From the NCBI GenBank assembly GCA_964236955.1, contig CAXSGP010000012.1, positions 1 through 64,000 of the forward strand: DNA of 64,000 nucleotides, given 5' to 3'. The stretch's first letter is position 1. Each line of letters opens with the position of its first letter. The position numbers and the translations under genes are program-made. Of this stretch, positions 59,391-64,000 are shown one piece after another. The notes under the pieces were generated by a model. It was not told the origin of the DNA and did not search any database. It saw only the letters and a list, made by a program, of their open reading frames with translations. This DNA comes from an uncultured Oligoflexus sp. (GTDB lineage Bacteria; Bdellovibrionota_B; Oligoflexia; Oligoflexales; Oligoflexaceae).

Positions 59391-62132
59391 TTAGCTGCTC
59401 AGTAAAAACGGCGCTGTTCGGGAATCTTTGGCCTTCACAATATCCGCCGGTGGCCCTTGAAAGACCAGAGTTCCGCCAGCGGCGGCGGCTTCCGGACCAA
59501 TTTCAATAAGCCAGTCGGCAGCCGCAATAAGACCAAGATGATGTTCAACGACGATGACTGTATGTCCTGCATCCCTTAAGCGCAAGAGTTGGAGCAAAAG
59601 TTGCTGAACATCTTTATCACTGAGTCCTGTCGAGGGCTCATCAAAAATAAGACAGCAAGGCTTACGGTCAACTGCGTCTAAAAGTAAACGAAGAAGTTTG
59701 AGCCGCTGAGCTTCGCCGCCCGAGAATGACGACGTATTCTGGCCGAGCCGAACATAGCCGAGACCCATGCCGATAATCTGATCCAGGGCTCGGGAGAGTT
59801 TCGCATGTTCAAAGAAAAATGCCCGGGCCTCTTCAATCGTGAGCTGTAAAATGTCTTTGAGATTACGCGAGCGATAGGTAATGGCCAGTGTTTCATCGGT
59901 GAACTGATTGCCACGACAGCTGCTGCAGGTAACCGGCATCTCACCGAGGAAGGAAAGGTCTTCGACTCCATATCCCAGTCCCTTACACGTCTCGCAGCGA
60001 CCGCCGGGAACGTTGAAACTAAAATACCCGGGCGTAAGGCCAAGGGATTTCGCTGCGGGAGTAGTGGCAAGAATTTTACGAATGTCATCATAAAAACCAA
60101 GATAGGTCGCAATCGTCGAACGCGTCGAGCGGCCGATACTTTCCTGACTGACAAAATGCACGGAAGACAGCTGCTTTATAGTCTCGAGTGGGCCAAGGCT
60201 TCCTTGGCCGTCGCTAGGTTCCTCATCGTCAAGCTCCTGTCCGAGCGCACGAGCGAGCAAGGGGTAAAGGCTATGCCTGATCAAACTCGTTTTGCCACTG
60301 CCCGAAACACCGCAGACCACATTCAGGCCGGCTAGGAGCAGTTTGCTTTCAATATTTTTCAGATTGTGGGTCTGCACATCCTTTAAAACAAGAAATTTCT
60401 CTTTGACACCGAGCGGTCGTCCCTTGGGCCAGACCTGGTCGTGAAACTTATATTTTTGGGGATCCCCCGAATAAACCAGATCGCCCCCACGATGGCCTGC
60501 GCCCGGGCCAATCTCAATAAGATATTCGGCGCCGCGAATGATGGTTTGCTCATGTTCGACGATGACTATCGTATTGCCCTGATCCCTGAGTTCGAGGATG
60601 ACCTCTAGCAGGTTATGACTATCGCGCACATGCAGGCCGACGCTGGGCTCATCGAGACAGAAAAGGGTACCTGTCAAAGCACTGCCGAGGCTTCGGGCCA
60701 TGTTGATCCTTTGCACCTCCCCTCCCGAGAGAGTGCGGGCGCTGCGGCTTAAGCTGAGATAACCCAGACCCATTTTAATGAGATAGCTTAGCCGCAAAAG
60801 TCCCTCCTGCGTGGCCTCTTCCACCGATTCCAGACGCGTCTTGCTTACTTCGGGCAGGCTACTGAGCCCACCGAACCAACCTGAAAGGTCGGCCACCGCC
60901 TGGCGGACGATGTCGACGAAGGTTTCGCCCCCAATGCGGCAGGCCAAGGCCTGGGCATTGAGACGAAATCCATGACAGACATCACAGAGTACATAGGTCG
61001 TAAATCTTGCGGCGTGAATACGATAATGCGCCTTGTACTTTTTACTATCGAGATAGGTAAAGTAACCGTTGATCCCATCAAACTCCCCGCCATCACCTTC
61101 ATAGAGCCATTTCCATTCGGTCTGACTGTAGTTCTTAAAGGCTTTGCTCAGATCATAGCCCCTGGTTTTGGCGCTTTTTTTCGCCATGCGATAGTAGACC
61201 TTATGCTCACCAAAATTCCAGGGCGCAACATTTTCAGTAAGAATCGAGCCTTCTAAATCCGGGGTGATCTTCCCTCTATCCTTGATCGGCATGCGGCCAA
61301 AACCCTGGCACTTCTCACAGGCGCCCTGCGGATGATTGTGATTGAAGAGAGTTGGCGAGGGATCAACATAAACCATATGGCAGTCGGGGCAGACCAGTTG
61401 CTTGTTGTAAGACTGTTCCTGACCCCTGTCGCCACGCACGACGCCGCGTCCGCGCCCAAGGCGTAGCGTCAGCTCCGAGGCTTCGATCATGCGTGAGAGA
61501 TTATCGGCAGTGGCCGTTACTCTATCGGCAACGATCAGGCTGCGTTTGAGGTCACTGGCTTTGATATCGCCAATCTTATGAACTTCACCATCAACAAAAC
61601 AGCGGGTGAAACCCTGGGCTTCAAGCTGGACTTTGAGATCGGCGGCCTTGAGTTTGCCCCAGGCGTCGAGGGGAGCCAAAAACAGCAGCTTTTCGCCGGG
61701 AAACAGCCGCATCGCGTCTTGAGCCATCATGGGCCCGTTGGCTTTTATCAGCTCTTTGCCGCAGCAAAAGACGCGCGAAATATGGCCAAAGATAATACGC
61801 AGGACATCGGTGAGTTCGGTCATGGTGCCGACTGTCGATCGTTGATTGAGGCCGGACCGGGCTTGTTTCACAGCAATTGCAGGAGGAAGATTTTCCACCG
61901 AATCGAGATCGGGTTTCGCCATTTGTTTTAAATACTGGCGGGCATAGCTTGAAAGACTCTCGACGTAGCGTCTATAAGCCTCACCATAAAGGGTATCGAA
62001 GACCAGCGAACTTTTGCCGGAGCCCGACATGCCCGTGACAACGGATATCTTGCCTAAGGGGAATTTGATGGAGAAGTTTTTGAGGTTATGGGTACGGATT
62101 CCATTGAGCTCGATGCTCTCAACATTTTCCAT
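59391..62132 (-). CDS. uvrA: Excinuclease ABC subunit A (divergent)
   Basis: THNLKN, two ABC ATPase modules (GMSGSGKSS/LSGGEVQR and GVSGSGKTS/FSGGEAQR) and Zn fingers. Confidence 0.9.
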   Translation of the reverse strand: MENVESIELNGIRTHNLKNFSIKFPLGKISVVTGMSGSGKSSLVFDTLYGEAYRRYVESLSSYARQYLKQMAKPDLDSVENLPPAIAVKQARSGLNQRSTVGTMTELTDVLRIIFGHISRVFCCGKELIKANGPMMAQDAMRLFPGEKLLFLAPLDAWGKLKAADLKVQLEAQGFTRCFVDGEVHKIGDIKASDLKRSLIVADRVTATADNLSRMIEASELTLRLGRGRGVVRGDRGQEQSYNKQLVCPDCHMVYVDPSPTLFNHNHPQGACEKCQGFGRMPIKDRGKITPDLEGSILTENVAPWNFGEHKVYYRMAKKSAKTRGYDLSKAFKNYSQTEWKWLYEGDGGEFDGINGYFTYLDSKKYKAHYRIHAARFTTYVLCDVCHGFRLNAQALACRIGGETFVDIVRQAVADLSGWFGGLSSLPEVSKTRLESVEEATQEGLLRLSYLIKMGLGYLSLSRSARTLSGGEVQRINMARSLGSALTGTLFCLDEPSVGLHVRDSHNLLEVILELRDQGNTIVIVEHEQTIIRGAEYLIEIGPGAGHRGGDLVYSGDPQKYKFHDQVWPKGRPLGVKEKFLVLKDVQTHNLKNIESKLLLAGLNVVCGVSGSGKTSLIRHSLYPLLARALGQELDDEEPSDGQGSLGPLETIKQLSSVHFVSQESIGRSTRSTIATYLGFYDDIRKILATTPAAKSLGLTPGYFSFNVPGGRCETCKGLGYGVEDLSFLGEMPVTCSSCRGNQFTDETLAITYRSRNLKDILQLTIEEARAFFFEHAKLSRALDQIIGMGLGYVRLGQNTSSFSGGEAQRLKLLRLLLDAVDRKPCCLIFDEPSTGLSDKDVQQLLLQLLRLRDAGHTVIVVEHHLGLIAAADWLIEIGPEAAAAGGTLVFQGPPADIVKAKDSRTAPFLLSS

Positions 62133-62220
62133 TCGACTCTACTCCTGAATGCCCAGTCCATGGGGGGCCTTTACGGGAGTGGATCATCTCACAGCTCTCT
62201 GTCCTCGCAAATAGCAAGTC

Positions 62221-62706
62221 TCAGTGCGGGACGGGGAGCACTTCCTGATCGCCTGCGAATTTGTAGACGGTTTTGATGATTTCGCCTTTCTCATCAAGAT
62301 AGTTAATCATGTCGATTAGTCCGTCATGGTCCACATCCCAAGCGCGATAAGCGAGTCGGCGTTCAAGCAGCTGATCGCCCGCGTATATTTTGACGTAAAT
62401 TGGATACTGATTTGGGAAGGGTAAAGTTGCTATAATGCTGGGGGCGTCCTCCAAAACATAATGCGTCGGTTTTGAAGGCCCTTCGGCTTTTTTGGTTGTA
62501 GCGCAAGCAACGGCTAATATAGATATAGGAACCCAGAGAACATAGGGTGCGAGAAGCCGTCTAAAAAATGGGATATCGAGGCGTGATTTTGGGAAGAAAC
62601 CAGGCAAAAGACTGGTCTTTGCAAAATCCCGGGGGGACTTCCTCGGGTCGCGGCGCGATTGCATTTTTAAGGCGACCTCTAGCAACAGACGCGATTTGTC
62701 ACGCAT
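62221..62706 (-). CDS. Hypothetical lipoprotein with a DxDxDG motif (true start probably downstream)
   Basis: VPISILAVA-C lipobox; WDVDHDGLIDM. Confidence 0.55.
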   Translation of the reverse strand: MRDKSRLLLEVALKMQSRRDPRKSPRDFAKTSLLPGFFPKSRLDIPFFRRLLAPYVLWVPISILAVACATTKKAEGPSKPTHYVLEDAPSIIATLPFPNQYPIYVKIYAGDQLLERRLAYRAWDVDHDGLIDMINYLDEKGEIIKTVYKFAGDQEVLPVPH

Positions 62707-62789
62707 AACACTCCTCCGATTCTTACCGTTGCTTCGGCATTTTCGGCTTGGAGTTGATAGAAAACCTTCGCGAGAGATTCAGGAAACCG

Positions 62790-64000
62790 ATGCAAGATCC
62801 TAATTTGATCCGGAACTTTTGTATTATTGCCCATATTGACCACGGCAAGTCAACGATCGCCGATCGTCTGATTGAATTCACGGGATCTTTGAGTCTCCGG
62901 GAAATGAGCGCCCAGGTTCTCGATAATATGGATATCGAAAAGGAACGCGGCATCACGATCAAGGCCCAGACGGCGGCCATGCAGTACAAGGCAAAGGACG
63001 GCAAGACCTACCTACTCAACCTTATCGACACCCCGGGACACGTTGACTTTAGCTATGAAGTCGCGCGCAGCCTCCAGGCTTGTGAAGGTGCGCTTCTGGT
63101 CGTCGATGCTGCCCAAGGTGTCGAAGCGCAAACGGTTGCCAACGTCTATCTGGCGATTGAAGCGAACCTTGAGATCATCCCCGTTCTCAACAAGATCGAT
63201 TTACCAAGCGCCGATATCGATGGCGTGATGATACAAATCGAGGAAGAACTGGGGATCTCGACCGATAACGTCGTCAAGGCCAGCGCCAAGGCCGGGATAG
63301 GGATCGAGGATATCCTGGAGTCGATCGTCAAAAACATTCCACCACCGCCCAACAAGACCGACGAGCCCCTGCGGGCGCTGATCTTTGACAGTTGGTTTGA
63401 TGCGTATCTTGGTGCTGTTTCGCTCATCCGCGTGATGACAGGCGAAATCAAAAAAGGCATGCGCATGCAGATGATGGCGACCGGCAATGATTTTGAAGTC
63501 CTTAAAGTCGGTGTCCTCACCCCTAAACTCATCGAAGTCAAAGCCTTGACCTGCGGAATGGTGGGCGTGGTTTCGGGATCGATCAAAACGGTAAAAGACA
63601 CCAAGGTTGGCGATACGATCACCAACGCCGCCCGCCCGGCCCCCGATCCCCTGGTTGGTTTCCAGGATGCGAAGCAAATGGTATTCGGCGGGATATTCCC
63701 AGTGGAATCCAGTGAATACACCAACCTCAAAGACTCGCTTGATAAACTTATCATGAACGATTCCTCGCTCACGCTCGAACCCGAGACCTCGCAGGCTTTG
63801 GGATTTGGGTTCCGCGTCGGTTTCCTGGGTCTTTTGCATATGGACATCATCCAGGAGCGTTTGGAGCGGGAATACAATCTCGATCTGATCTTTACCGCTC
63901 CCACCGTTGTCTACAATGTGAAGACTAGCAAAGGCGATATGGTAAGGATTGAGAATCCTTCGAAATTACCCGAGACGACACAGATAGATTTTATCGAAGA
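62790..64000 (+). CDS. lepA: Elongation factor 4, truncated by the window end
   Basis: Read directly from [65 protein letters not shown]. Confidence 0.97.
   Translation, partial: MQDPNLIRNFCIIAHIDHGKSTIADRLIEFTGSLSLREMSAQVLDNMDIEKERGITIKAQTAAMQYKAKDGKTYLLNLIDTPGHVDFSYEVARSLQACEGALLVVDAAQGVEAQTVANVYLAIEANLEIIPVLNKIDLPSADIDGVMIQIEEELGISTDNVVKASAKAGIGIEDILESIVKNIPPPPNKTDEPLRALIFDSWFDAYLGAVSLIRVMTGEIKKGMRMQMMATGNDFEVLKVGVLTPKLIEVKALTCGMVGVVSGSIKTVKDTKVGDTITNAARPAPDPLVGFQDAKQMVFGGIFPVESSEYTNLKDSLDKLIMNDSSLTLEPETSQALGFGFRVGFLGLLHMDIIQERLEREYNLDLIFTAPTVVYNVKTSKGDMVRIENPSKLPETTQIDFIE

Overview
A gene-dense, mostly housekeeping chromosomal window from a Gram-negative bacterium. Gene content and protein style suggest a deltaproteobacterial-type lineage such as Bdellovibrionota/Oligoflexia (inference, not tested). 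Recognisable genes include a cystathionine gamma-lyase/synthase, grxD, a GT9 heptosyltransferase, HU, manA, hinT, gmhA, flagellin, arginase, tgt, TolC-MacAB, fliG, cinA, lpxK, phoBR-pstSCAB, aspS, ridA, ffh, a frameshifted miaB, an NtrC-type activator, ruvC, hemB, two lolC/E paralogues, dnaJ, panB, uvrA and a partial lepA. I saw no rRNA, tRNA, CRISPR array or intact mobile element; only a short IS3-like remnant and a triple-hairpin element near 1.3-1.9 kb. Three loci stand out. (1) A stand-alone phage-tail-tube (T4 gp19/Afp1-like) homologue that carries an N-terminal signal peptide and overlaps a Cys-rich lipoprotein gene, with no sheath, baseplate or spike genes in the window (32.8-34.6 kb). 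(2) An operon encoding an exported caspase-family protease with a predicted C-terminal beta-barrel, a membrane anti-sigma and an ECF sigma factor, headed by a 1017-aa helical protein (39.9-46.6 kb). (3) Two lolC/E paralogues with opposite synonymous-codon skew, bracketing a secreted Ala/Arg repeat protein and a putative beta-barrel OMP (51.0-56.2 kb). All family assignments come from reading motifs by eye; no searches were run.
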